Assembly: GCA_050950285.1 (NCBI GenBank)
Contig: JBMNHG010000008.1
Span: 186,001 to 250,000, forward strand
Reading direction: 5' to 3'
Source of the DNA: Kiritimatiellia bacterium
Lineage (GTDB): Bacteria; Verrucomicrobiota; Kiritimatiellia; RFP12; JBMNHG01
Length of the DNA: 64,000 nt
Shown: in pieces, positions 8,409 to 17,916 of the stretch
How the letters are laid out: each line of letters begins with the position of its first letter
Numbering within the stretch: the stretch's first letter is position 1
Position numbers and translations under genes: made by a program
The notes under the pieces: generated by a model
Told to the model about the DNA's origin: nothing
The model's database searches: none
What the model saw: the letters and a program-made list of their open reading frames with translations, nothing else

Positions 8409-10808
8409 ATGAACGTTGCTAGTATTGCGAAGCGGGGCTTGTTCCTCGCTAGCCTGCTTGGCATCTCGGCCGCTGCGGCTTTCGCCCAGAGTACGGCCTC
8501 CCTCCCGTACGAGGAGGACTTCTCCACGTGGACTGCCGATGCGGCCGTTTACGGCCAGGCGCCCGCTGCCTGGACGGTGAACGCCGAGGACGGCTCCACC
8601 ATCACGGCCCTCGAAGGCGACGCCGGGAACGTGCTTGCCCTCAACACCGACGGGCAGACGCTCCAGGTGAACTTCGACGACAATGGCACCGTCGACAACG
8701 ACATGGAAGCCAACGATCTCTACGTGGACGCCATGGTGAAGTTCGTCATCTCCGAAGACGACCCCGCCGCGATCCCCGCCGACGTGAAGACCGCCGTCTG
8801 GCTGAACGCGAACAGCAACCTCGTGGTCTACCACGGAATGGTCGTGGACCAAACCACGGTTGCCACGACGACGACCTTCAATGTCGTGCTGGATCCGGAG
8901 CAGTTCTACCAGCTGCGCATCAAGACCGCCTGGGATGATATCGCCTACGCCCCGTACTTCAAGTACTACATCGACGGCGTCGCACTTGCGGACAGCGAGA
9001 ACACCGAGTGGTTCCTGAGCGCCTACGGCAACCAGTTCCTCCAAGGCCTCGCCTTCCAGGGCACCGGCATGGTCGACGACATCGCCGTCGGCGATGCGTC
9101 GTCTCTGGTGGCGCAGTGGACGCTGACGGTCCCGGACATCGCGAACGCTTCGTTCCAGGAGAATGGCGTCGCCCTTGCCGCCGGCAGCTACCAGTATGAC
9201 GTCACCACCCCGGTCACGGTTTCCCTCGCCGCCGCCGCTGGCTACACCGCCACGGGCATGACGAACGGCGTCGCCGCGACCTTCCCGGTGACCTTCCAGA
9301 GCATCCCCGAAGGCGGGACGGTCGTCCTCAGCGCGACCGTTACGAAGTGCCAGGCCATGTGGACGGACGGCACCACCACCAACTACATGTCCCTCGCCGA
9401 GGCTCTCGCCAAGGTTGCGACGGATGGCGGCACCATCGCCCTCAACAACGATGTGGCCGTGGACGGCATGATCATCATCGAGGACGATGTGACCCTGGAC
9501 CTCGCGGGCTACGAGATCACGGCCTCCGAGAACTATTCGGCCATCTCGACGGACGATGCGATCTTCGCCGTGAAGCACGGTGGTACGTTCACGATCAACG
9601 ACTCCTCGGATCCCTCGACCGGCGCAATCACCAGCAATCAAGACGGAACGAAACCGTATGCTGCTGTGAAGCTCACCTATACGGGTGACACGGTTGACAC
9701 CCTGCCCGCCACCCTCGAGGTGAACAACGGCACCCTAACCGGCTACTACTACGCCATCGTCGGCAACGGTAGCGCAGGCCGCGGCAACACGGTCGTGACG
9801 ATCAACGGCGGCAATATCCTCGGCACCTGTGTGAACGACAGCGCTGCGATCTACCACCCGCAGGCCGGAACCCTCACCATCAATGGCGGTTACCTCGAAG
9901 GCGCCGTGGGCGTGTATGTCAAGGCTGGTATCGTGGAAACCACCGTTAACGCGGGTGAAATCGTCGGCAACGGCGCTGCCACTGCCTACAACCCTTCGAA
10001 GAACGGCTTCACCGCCACCGGCGACGCCTTCGTAGTCGACAACGCGGGTTACCCGGGCGGCTCGCCGCAGCCCAGCATCGAGGGTGGCACCTTCACCTCC
10101 ACCTATGGCGATGCGATCGCCTCCTACGCGATGATTAATCTCGACCCTGTCATCAACTTCGTCTCTGGCGGCACCTTCAGCTCCGAAGTCCCCGCCGACC
10201 TCTGCGCCCCCGGCTACGAGACCGTGGACAATGGTGACAACACCTACGGCGTTGATATCGCCGTCTACACGCTGACCTACGTCACCGCGCAGGGCGTTGC
10301 CCCGGCCGCTGTCGAGTACACCGTCGAATCCAATGACTTCGCCCTTGCCGCAGCCCCCGTGGCAGCCGGCTATGACTTCCTCGGCTGGGTCATCGGCGCG
10401 ACCACCAACGCCGCCGGCGCGATGTTCGACGTCTCGGCGAACCTCGCGGACACCACCGCCACCGCCGCATGGGCGGAGTCGGCGAATCCCTACCCGAACA
10501 GCCCGAGCGCGGGCGGAGTCACGATCGTCAGCCAGCTGGATGACGCCACTGCCGACCCGCTCGAGTTCACGAGCATCGACACCTCCACCGGCAAGATCAC
10601 CTTCACCGCCACCATCGATGGTTCCGGCACGGTGAACAACGGTCTCTACCTCGTGATCAAGAACACCCTCGATGGCGAAGCCTCCACGCTCGCCGGCGTG
10701 TTCGTGCTCGACGGCACGGCGGATACCGGCACGGTGACCTTCACGCTGCCCGCCGGGGCCGAGCAGGTCCTCGCGGTCGGCATCACCGACACCGAGATCG
10801 GCGACTGA
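8409..10808 (+). CDS. Secreted acidic Thr/Ala-rich surface protein with a beta-helix-like core and an InlB B-repeat-like domain
   Basis: Signal peptide MNVASIAKRGLFLASLLGISAAAAFA; RBS AGGAG; repeated (L/V)TINGG/GGTF units; YTLTY...EYTVES...AGYDFLGW segment; own promoter and terminator. Confidence 0.85.
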   Translation: MNVASIAKRGLFLASLLGISAAAAFAQSTASLPYEEDFSTWTADAAVYGQAPAAWTVNAEDGSTITALEGDAGNVLALNTDGQTLQVNFDDNGTVDNDMEANDLYVDAMVKFVISEDDPAAIPADVKTAVWLNANSNLVVYHGMVVDQTTVATTTTFNVVLDPEQFYQLRIKTAWDDIAYAPYFKYYIDGVALADSENTEWFLSAYGNQFLQGLAFQGTGMVDDIAVGDASSLVAQWTLTVPDIANASFQENGVALAAGSYQYDVTTPVTVSLAAAAGYTATGMTNGVAATFPVTFQSIPEGGTVVLSATVTKCQAMWTDGTTTNYMSLAEALAKVATDGGTIALNNDVAVDGMIIIEDDVTLDLAGYEITASENYSAISTDDAIFAVKHGGTFTINDSSDPSTGAITSNQDGTKPYAAVKLTYTGDTVDTLPATLEVNNGTLTGYYYAIVGNGSAGRGNTVVTINGGNILGTCVNDSAAIYHPQAGTLTINGGYLEGAVGVYVKAGIVETTVNAGEIVGNGAATAYNPSKNGFTATGDAFVVDNAGYPGGSPQPSIEGGTFTSTYGDAIASYAMINLDPVINFVSGGTFSSEVPADLCAPGYETVDNGDNTYGVDIAVYTLTYVTAQGVAPAAVEYTVESNDFALAAAPVAAGYDFLGWVIGATTNAAGAMFDVSANLADTTATAAWAESANPYPNSPSAGGVTIVSQLDDATADPLEFTSIDTSTGKITFTATIDGSGTVNNGLYLVIKNTLDGEASTLAGVFVLDGTADTGTVTFTLPAGAEQVLAVGITDTEIGD

Positions 10809-10833
10809 TCAGGATCCCCTGATTTCCCGACAG

Positions 10834-10869
10834 ACGGCGTGCCGCCCCAAGCGGCACGCCGTTTTTTTT
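10834..10869 (+). terminator. Intrinsic terminator
   Basis: 12-bp stem ACGGCGTGCCGC / GCGGCACGCCGT, 5-nt loop, T run. Confidence 0.85.
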
Positions 10870-10927
10870 CCTGTTTCCCGGGACGGCCCCGTTCTGCTAT
10901 CCTGCCAACACAAGTGAGGAGTCCCCC

Positions 10928-13900
10928 ATGCGCCAGATTCGTTGGTTTGCCCCGTTGTCCGTGATGCTTTCGTGTGCTGCCTTCGCCTTCGGGCCCGGCG
11001 ATTTCCAGCCTCTTTCCGGCACGGCGTCGCCGGCGGTTTCGTGGGCCGTCGCGAAGACCGATGCGGGGCTTTCGGTGGAGGTCCGCGTCGCGCCGTTCCT
11101 CCCGGGTCTTCCCCCGCCACGGGTGGAGCTGGCCGCCGCCGCCGTCCATCGCCACCTCGTCGCCAAGGAGGGTGGAACGGCCGTCTTCGACCTTCCTGCG
11201 GAGCAGCTGGTGGAGAAGGCGGACGACTGGAAGAAGCTCCGCCTTGCCGTGCGGGTTTCCTGGCCGGACGCGCGCGACGGCTTCGCCCAGAGGGAGCGCT
11301 TCCGTTGTCTCGACGCCCGTGCGGTCCACGCGCCGCTTCCGGACGATCCCCTGCTGTGGGCGCCCCTCGACCTCGACGAGCACGCCCGCAGCGTGGCCGA
11401 CGGCAAAGACGCCATCACCATCGCCTTCCAGCAGCCGATGGATGGCAAGGCCACGATCGTGGTGGAGGACGCCGACGGCAATCGCGTCCGCAACCTCGTC
11501 TCCGGCGCAACCTTCAGCCGCGGCGCCCACGCCGTCGCCTGGGACGGGCTCGACGAGACCGGCCGCCCCGTGCCGCCAGGGAGCTACCGCTGGCGTTCCA
11601 TCTCCCACCCCGGCATCGAGCCCCGCCACCTCTTCTCCTTCTGCGACGGGCCCGGCTCGAACCATGGAACCCTCCAGGCCGCTGCCACCGATGGCGAGCT
11701 CGTCTTCGTGGGTACGCCCGTCTCCGAAGGCGGCAAGGAGATCACCGCGCTCCGCCCCGACGGAACGGTCGTGGGAGCCTGGGTGGCTCCGCATGGACAC
11801 GGCCTTGGGGCCATCGCCCTCGCCGCGGGCGACGGCTTTCTCTACGGCGCCTACGATGGGACGTCGTGGGGGCAGAAGGTCGACCGCTCGACGCCCGGCT
11901 GGAAGGCGGAGCAAGCCATCGGCCTCGTGCGCATCGACCTGGCCCGGGGCGATTTCGCCGACTGGGGCAGGCAGCGCATCCTGCCGGTGGTGAAGTACGT
12001 CGTGGGGCCCGGCGCGGAGCCTCCTGCCCCGAACCGCCTTTCCCTCGCCGGCCTCGCCTACCTCGACGGGAAGCTCTACCTGGCCAGCGGATTCGATGCC
12101 GCCATCCTCGTGCTCGACCCCGCCGACGGCCACGAAACAGGCCGCATCCCGCTCGTCGCGCCCGCCGCTCTCGCCGCGACGCCGGACGGCAAGCTCCTCG
12201 CCGCGAGCGACGGCGCCGTGGTGCGCATCGACCCCGCCACGGGCGCGAGCGAGACGATCGTGGCCGCCGGGCTGCTCCAGCCCTCCGGCCTCGCCGCCGC
12301 TCCGGACGGCCGCATCTTCGTGAGCGACGCCGCGACGCACTCGGTGAAGGTTCTTCCCGCAGGCGATTCGGATCCCGCACGGCCGCGCTTCACGACCATC
12401 GGAAGCCAGCCGGGCGGCCCATACCAAGGCGCCTACGATCCCGATCGCCTGATCAACCCGCGCGGCCTCGCCTTCGCCCCGGACGGCCGCTTGTGGATCA
12501 CCGAGGCGGGCCGCTGGACGCCCAAACGCCTCGCCATTTTCGATCCCGACGCCGGCGCTCTCTCCGAAGCCTTCTTCGGTCCCACGGCCTACGGCGCGCC
12601 CGGCGGCGGCTTCGACCCGCTCGACCACGAGCGCTGGATCGCGCAAGGCACGCTCTTCGATGTCGATTTCGCCACCGGGAAGGCCGAGCCGCGCTTTGTC
12701 CTGGGCGGCAAGGACGGCTCGCACTACCGCTTCTGGCGCCAGGACGGCCGCACCTTCGTCATCTCCTACGGCAAGGCCACCTTCCTCCAGGAATTGCGCG
12801 ACGACGGCACGCTGAAGCCCTTCGCCTGCCTCTCCTCCGCCCACCAGTTCGCCTACTACCACCAGTGGAACCCGCCGCAACCCTTCATCGAGGCCTTCGA
12901 ACGCGCCTATCCCGAGGCCGGCCCCGTGAAACGTGGCTCGCCCCGCAAGCCCAACCACGGCTTCGGCATGGTGTGGGTGGACCGGAACGGCGACGGCGAA
13001 TTCCAGGCCGACGAGTTCGAGTTCGCCACCTCCGCCCAGAACATGGCCGGATCCGGATGGGGACACGACCTGGCCGACCTCACCATCCGCGTGGGCGCGA
13101 TCGTCGACGGCCGCGACGTGCTGGTGACGCTCTCCCCCCGCGGCTACGACGCGAACGGCGTGCCGGACTACCCGCGCCTCGCCGACGCCCTCGCCGACGC
13201 CGTCCCGCTCTCCCGCGGCGCCCACTGCAGCTCCGATACCACCGTGGACCGCTTCGGGAACGTCGTCTTCAACGCCAGTCCGATGTGCTCCTTCGCGCCC
13301 GACGGCCGCTGCCTGTGGACCTACCCGAACCAGTGGATCGGCGTGCATGGCTCCCACAAGGCCCCCCTGCCCAGGCCCGGCCAGCTCCAGGGCGTCCTCT
13401 TCTTCACCGGCGTCGCCCCGCTCGACGACGTCTCCGACGTGATGGTGATGAACGGCAACCACGGCCGTTTCTTCGTGATGACCGGCGACGGCCTCTTCCT
13501 CGACGAAATGTTCCACGACGTGCGCGTGAGTTCGATCCGCGACGTCTACATGGTTGGCGGCGAGTGCTTCGGCGGCACCTTCGGTCGCTCCGGGAAGGAC
13601 GGGAACTACTACCTCCAGGCCGGCGGCATCGAATACCGCGTCTTCCGGCTCGACGGACTGCGCGAGACGAAGCGCCAGGAGGGCGCTGTCGAGGTCGCCC
13701 CCGGACAGGTCGCCGCCGCCGAGCGTGCCCTTGCCGCCCGCCAGGCCGAGGTCCAGGCCGCCACCCCCGCCGAGGCGAAGGTGCCCCGTCGCGACGTCCC
13801 GCCCGCGATCGACGGCCGATCCAACGACTGGCCCGCGACCGACACCCTCTCCTGGTCCCGCGACAAGCGCTTCGCCGTCTCCGTGAACCTCGCCTACGAC

Positions 13901-14461
13901 GCCACGCACCTCCACCTCTGCTATCGCCTGAAGGACGACTCCCCCTGGGTCAACAACGGCGGCGACTGGCAGGCGCTCTTCAAGACGGGCGACGCCATCG
14001 ACCTGCAGCTCGGCACGGACGCCACCGCGAACCCGCAGCGCTCCGGGCCCGTCCCCGGCGACCTCCGCCTGCTGATCGCGCCGCAGGGCGACGCGAACCG
14101 CGTGGTGCTCTACCGCCACCGCCTTCCCGATGGACCCGGCGAGGACGCCGTGACCTTCCAGAGCCCGTGGCGCAGCGAGCGGGTGGACAGCGTCCGCGAG
14201 CTCCCCGATGCGCGGGTGGCGGTCTCGCGCGGCCGGGATTCGGTTGTTGTCGAGGCGTCCGTACCCCTCGCGGACCTCGGGTTGCAGCCGCGCCCCGGCC
14301 TCCAGGTGAAGGCCGATTGCGGCGTGATCCATGGCGACGCCGACGGCACCATCAACCTCTTCCGCGACTACTGGTCCAATCCCGCCACCATGCTCGTGAA
14401 CGACGTCCCCGGCGAAATCATGCTCACCCCGCGCCTGTGGGGGACGCTTTCCTTCGAATGA
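10928..14461 (+). CDS. Large secreted protein: FlgD-Ig-like domain, NHL/SMP-30-like beta-propeller repeats, C-terminal CBM9/DOMON-like sugar-binding domain
   Basis: Signal peptide; VEDADGNRVRNL...WDGLDETGRPVPPGSY; PSGLAAAPDGRIFVSD and PRGLAFAPDGRLWITE; PAIDGRSNDW...LAYDATHLHL...GDAIDLQLG...VEASVPLADLG; RBS GAGGAG. Confidence 0.85.
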   Translation: MRQIRWFAPLSVMLSCAAFAFGPGDFQPLSGTASPAVSWAVAKTDAGLSVEVRVAPFLPGLPPPRVELAAAAVHRHLVAKEGGTAVFDLPAEQLVEKADDWKKLRLAVRVSWPDARDGFAQRERFRCLDARAVHAPLPDDPLLWAPLDLDEHARSVADGKDAITIAFQQPMDGKATIVVEDADGNRVRNLVSGATFSRGAHAVAWDGLDETGRPVPPGSYRWRSISHPGIEPRHLFSFCDGPGSNHGTLQAAATDGELVFVGTPVSEGGKEITALRPDGTVVGAWVAPHGHGLGAIALAAGDGFLYGAYDGTSWGQKVDRSTPGWKAEQAIGLVRIDLARGDFADWGRQRILPVVKYVVGPGAEPPAPNRLSLAGLAYLDGKLYLASGFDAAILVLDPADGHETGRIPLVAPAALAATPDGKLLAASDGAVVRIDPATGASETIVAAGLLQPSGLAAAPDGRIFVSDAATHSVKVLPAGDSDPARPRFTTIGSQPGGPYQGAYDPDRLINPRGLAFAPDGRLWITEAGRWTPKRLAIFDPDAGALSEAFFGPTAYGAPGGGFDPLDHERWIAQGTLFDVDFATGKAEPRFVLGGKDGSHYRFWRQDGRTFVISYGKATFLQELRDDGTLKPFACLSSAHQFAYYHQWNPPQPFIEAFERAYPEAGPVKRGSPRKPNHGFGMVWVDRNGDGEFQADEFEFATSAQNMAGSGWGHDLADLTIRVGAIVDGRDVLVTLSPRGYDANGVPDYPRLADALADAVPLSRGAHCSSDTTVDRFGNVVFNASPMCSFAPDGRCLWTYPNQWIGVHGSHKAPLPRPGQLQGVLFFTGVAPLDDVSDVMVMNGNHGRFFVMTGDGLFLDEMFHDVRVSSIRDVYMVGGECFGGTFGRSGKDGNYYLQAGGIEYRVFRLDGLRETKRQEGAVEVAPGQVAAAERALAARQAEVQAATPAEAKVPRRDVPPAIDGRSNDWPATDTLSWSRDKRFAVSVNLAYDATHLHLCYRLKDDSPWVNNGGDWQALFKTGDAIDLQLGTDATANPQRSGPVPGDLRLLIAPQGDANRVVLYRHRLPDGPGEDAVTFQSPWRSERVDSVRELPDARVAVSRGRDSVVVEASVPLADLGLQPRPGLQVKADCGVIHGDADGTINLFRDYWSNPATMLVNDVPGEIMLTPRLWGTLSFE

Positions 14462-14490
14462 ACCCCATGCACCCCGTGAAAGACCGCGAC

Positions 14491-16254
14491 ATGAACCGCA
14501 TGTTCTTCCCCATCCTTTTCGCCACCGTCTCGTGCGCCGCGCTTCTCCCTGCGGCGGAGATCCGCAACGCCGGCATTCTCGCGAACAGCGGCGAGGCGGG
14601 CGACGCGCTCGTGCTGACGGGCCTCGGCAAGGCGGGCGGCGCCGTGGCCGGCGCAGGCGTGGCGGTCGACGCCGCCCGGGCCATCTGGTGCCGGGGCGCC
14701 GGAACGCTTCTCAAACTCGCGCCCGACGGCCGCATGCTCGCGCAATATCCGGTCCCGAAGCCGGGTTCCGGCAATCCGCGCGACGACGTGCTGGCCCTCG
14801 CGGGGGCGCACGTGGTCCTCAAGCAAGGCGACGCCTTGTGCGCCCTTCCGGTGGATGCGCCCTCCGGGACGGCCGCCGTCCCGCTCGACGCCAAGGCGCA
14901 CGCCCTCTCCTTTTCCGCCACGCGCGACGGCTGGCTCGCCGCCGTCCAAGGCCAGGAGATCTTCATGCTCGACCCCGCCACGGGCACCACCGAACCCATC
15001 GCCGTCGCGCCGAAGCGCCCCAACGGGATCGAAGTGGACGAGGACGGCGTCGTCTACGTCCGCTGGGACCACCGGATCCACCGCTACGAGAACGGCGCGG
15101 AGACGCTCGACGGCTGGCCTCGCGGCGCGCCGGGCGACCGTCTGCAGCTCCTCGACGGATACTGGTGGAGCCACGCCTGGCACGGGACCATCAGGCGCCA
15201 CGACCTCGAGGGCATGCGCCCCGCGCCCGGCGTGGTCCTTGGCGGCAATTCCGGCTCGTTCATCGGCCACCTCGACGAAAACCCCGATGTCAACAACGGC
15301 CGCGGCATGGCGAAACTCCGCGACGGCGTGTACGTGGAGTGCGGCGGCGCCGGCGTGGTGAGCACGCTCGACTGGGATGCGGCGGCGGACTTCCTCGTCA
15401 TCCGCCGCCGTCTCGGGCCGTTGGCCGTCTGCAACGGCCTCGCGATCGACCGCTACGGCCGGATCTTCACGGGCAGCGGCAACTGGGAGTGGACCGACGG
15501 GCCCGACGCCCCGGTGCGCCATGGCGTGCCGCCGGAGCAGAATGCGCCCGGCGTGGTGGTGGGCGACACGTCCGTGCTCATCCCCTGCTGGATCTACGGC
15601 ACCCGTCCGTCGGTCTTCACGGGCGACCTGGCCTCGGAGGTGCGCGGCACCACGCTGGGCGGGCCTCTCGCCTACGGGCGCGACATCGCGGCGCTCGCCG
15701 TCTGGCGCGAGGCCAGGCAGAACTGGATGGTGATCGCGCAACGCGACGGCACGGCGCGCGCCACGCGCCTGGGCGGGAACTTCCTGCCCGCCGGCGATCC
15801 CATCCAGATGGAACTCGTCTTCCGCGAGCCCGTGACGACGCTCGCGAGCCTTGTGGCGCGCCCTTCCGGAAGCGATGCCGGGACCGATTCGCTGCTGGCG
15901 GCGGCCGACGGTTCCGTGATCGAACTGGCGCGCACGGAGACAGGCTTTGCCGAGACCGCCCGCTGGAACCGCTGGGGCCCGGACGACGACTCCCGCTTCG
16001 GCGGCGAGATTCGCCTCTACGCCCATTCGGACCGGTTGTGGGTGGCCGACTCCGCCCGCGCCCGCGTCCTCGTCTTCGAACTCGGCAGCACGCCCGAGGC
16101 GCCGCTGCGGCTGGCGCAGTTCGGGCGGACGGACCACGCCGGCCGCGGCATGGACGCCCTGGACACTCCCACGCACATCGCGGCCTTCGGCGATCGCGCC
16201 GCCCTCTACGACGCCGGCAACCAGCGCATCGTGAAGCTCGAGTTTGTCCGCTAG
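14491..16254 (+). CDS. Secreted NHL-repeat/beta-propeller protein co-transcribed with the upstream gene
   Basis: Signal peptide MNRMFFPILFATVSCAALLPA; PNGIEVDEDG, RLWVADS...RVLVF, YDAGNQRIVKL; alternative start 14458 overlaps the upstream stop (ATGA). Confidence 0.8.
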   Translation: MNRMFFPILFATVSCAALLPAAEIRNAGILANSGEAGDALVLTGLGKAGGAVAGAGVAVDAARAIWCRGAGTLLKLAPDGRMLAQYPVPKPGSGNPRDDVLALAGAHVVLKQGDALCALPVDAPSGTAAVPLDAKAHALSFSATRDGWLAAVQGQEIFMLDPATGTTEPIAVAPKRPNGIEVDEDGVVYVRWDHRIHRYENGAETLDGWPRGAPGDRLQLLDGYWWSHAWHGTIRRHDLEGMRPAPGVVLGGNSGSFIGHLDENPDVNNGRGMAKLRDGVYVECGGAGVVSTLDWDAAADFLVIRRRLGPLAVCNGLAIDRYGRIFTGSGNWEWTDGPDAPVRHGVPPEQNAPGVVVGDTSVLIPCWIYGTRPSVFTGDLASEVRGTTLGGPLAYGRDIAALAVWREARQNWMVIAQRDGTARATRLGGNFLPAGDPIQMELVFREPVTTLASLVARPSGSDAGTDSLLAAADGSVIELARTETGFAETARWNRWGPDDDSRFGGEIRLYAHSDRLWVADSARARVLVFELGSTPEAPLRLAQFGRTDHAGRGMDALDTPTHIAAFGDRAALYDAGNQRIVKLEFVR

Positions 16255-16284
16255 GCGGGCGGCGCGGCGCGCCGCGATTCCGTC

Positions 16285-17886
16285 CTACCCTTCGATGCGT
16301 CCCGGGCGGCGGGGGTCGAAGGCGTCGCGCATCCCTTCGCCCACGAGCACGGCGAGAATCATCACCGTGAAGAGGGCGAGCGAGGGATAGACCGTGAGCC
16401 ACCACGCCCGGCGGAAGGCCTGCGCCTGCTGGAGCAGTTCGCCCCAGCTCGGCGTGAGCGGCGGCAGGCCGAAGCCGAGGTAGTCGAGGGCGGTCAGCGA
16501 CGAAATCGCGCCCACGAGGTTGAAGGGCAGCAGCGTGACCACGGGCGTGAGCGCGTTGGGGAGCACGTGCCGGAAGATGATGCGCGCCGTGCCGAGGCCC
16601 TGGCATCGGGCGGCGTCCACGAAGGGCCGCCCGCGCAGCCGCAGGAATTCGGCGCGGAGGTAGTAGGAGACGCCGATCCAGTTGAAGAGCCCGTAGCAGA
16701 GCAACAGCAGGCCGAAGCCGCGTCCCAGCACCGCCCCCACCAGGATCATCACGTACAGGAAGGGCAGGGCGCTCCAGATTTCGATGGTGCGCTGGAAGGC
16801 GATGTCCACCCATCCGCCGAAGTAGCCCTGCACCGCGCCCACGATGCAGCCCAGCAGGACCGCCCAGGCCACCAGCAGGAGGCCGAAGGAAAGCGCGGTG
16901 CGCATGCCGTAGAGGACCCGGGCGAACACGTCGCGCCCGACGGCGTCCACGCCCATCCAGTGGCCGGGCACGGGACGGTGCGGCCAGGAGACCTCCGGGC
17001 GCCGCCCCGACACGTCCGCGATGCTGCCGTCCCACTCGATCGTCTCGCCCGCGAGGGAGTCCCCTGCGGCCACCCGTTCGGCCAGCGCGAGAAGAGAGGC
17101 CCGCGTCTCGCCGGACAGGCGTTTCGCGGCGCGCCGCGAAACGAAGTCGAGCGAGTCCCCCCCGCGGCGCGCGAACTCGAGGGTGGCGGGGGCCGCCGTC
17201 GGCGTGTCGATGGGGCGCAGCGTGACGCGCACGGAGGGCGGGGCGGGCGTCCGCGGCGCGAAGGCGGTGAAGGTGGCGAGGGCGGCGAGGCCGGAGGCGC
17301 GGTTGGTCACGCAGGTGGAGACGGCGGGGGCGGCTTCGTTGGCGAAGCGCAGGCGTACCGCTTCGTCGAAGTCGGGCGACGGGAGCCAGCGGTCCCGGAA
17401 GACGATGCCGGCGGCGAGGGAGCCGTCGTCGCCCGTTTCGAAGGCCGCGAGATTCTCGGGGCGGGCGATCGCGCCGTCGGCGGCGAGGTTGAAGCGGCCC
17501 GTGGCGATGCGGGGGCGCACCGTGAGGCGCACAAGACGGTAGGCTTCGAAGGCGTCGGGGTCGACCACGGCGTACGGACTGGTGCGGAAAGGCGGGAAGA
17601 GGACGCGGTTTCCGGGGTCGGCACGGAAGGCGTCGGAGCCGGCGAGCGCCAGGTAGTCGGGGCGGGTGCGCGAGGCGTCGCCCGTCACCTCCTCGCACGA
17701 GTAGGAACGAAAGGCCGGCCAGAAGGTCTTCCCGCAGTAGCGGAGGTAGAGGGGGCGGTCGTTGCAGAGCAGTCCTGCGCCCAGGCTCAGCAGGTAGAGG
17801 AAGGCGAGGAGCCCCAGCGCGATGCAGGCACGACGGTTCGCGCGAAACCGGGCGAGGCGTTTGCGGGTTAGAGGGGAGAGGTTCAC
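16285..17886 (-). CDS. Peptide/microcin-type ABC transporter permease (YejE/OppC-like) with a large extracytoplasmic insertion
   Basis: RLARFRANRRA N-terminus, HWMGVDAVGRDVFARVLYG, FVDAARCQG (EAA loop), HVLPNAL, PSWGELL, GEGMRDAFDP; GTG start. Confidence 0.9.
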   Translation of the reverse strand: MNLSPLTRKRLARFRANRRACIALGLLAFLYLLSLGAGLLCNDRPLYLRYCGKTFWPAFRSYSCEEVTGDASRTRPDYLALAGSDAFRADPGNRVLFPPFRTSPYAVVDPDAFEAYRLVRLTVRPRIATGRFNLAADGAIARPENLAAFETGDDGSLAAGIVFRDRWLPSPDFDEAVRLRFANEAAPAVSTCVTNRASGLAALATFTAFAPRTPAPPSVRVTLRPIDTPTAAPATLEFARRGGDSLDFVSRRAAKRLSGETRASLLALAERVAAGDSLAGETIEWDGSIADVSGRRPEVSWPHRPVPGHWMGVDAVGRDVFARVLYGMRTALSFGLLLVAWAVLLGCIVGAVQGYFGGWVDIAFQRTIEIWSALPFLYVMILVGAVLGRGFGLLLLCYGLFNWIGVSYYLRAEFLRLRGRPFVDAARCQGLGTARIIFRHVLPNALTPVVTLLPFNLVGAISSLTALDYLGFGLPPLTPSWGELLQQAQAFRRAWWLTVYPSLALFTVMILAVLVGEGMRDAFDPRRPGRIEG

Positions 17887-17916
17887 GGGAGGGCGCTCCG
17901 CGGCGGTGCGGATTCG

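Noticed and set aside
10942..14457. 5' two-thirds of the 1770-aa ORF 10942-16254
   Set aside because: Arg/Pro-rich off-frame read-through overlapping the real 10928-14461 gene; the true gene starts near 14458-14491 with a signal peptide.
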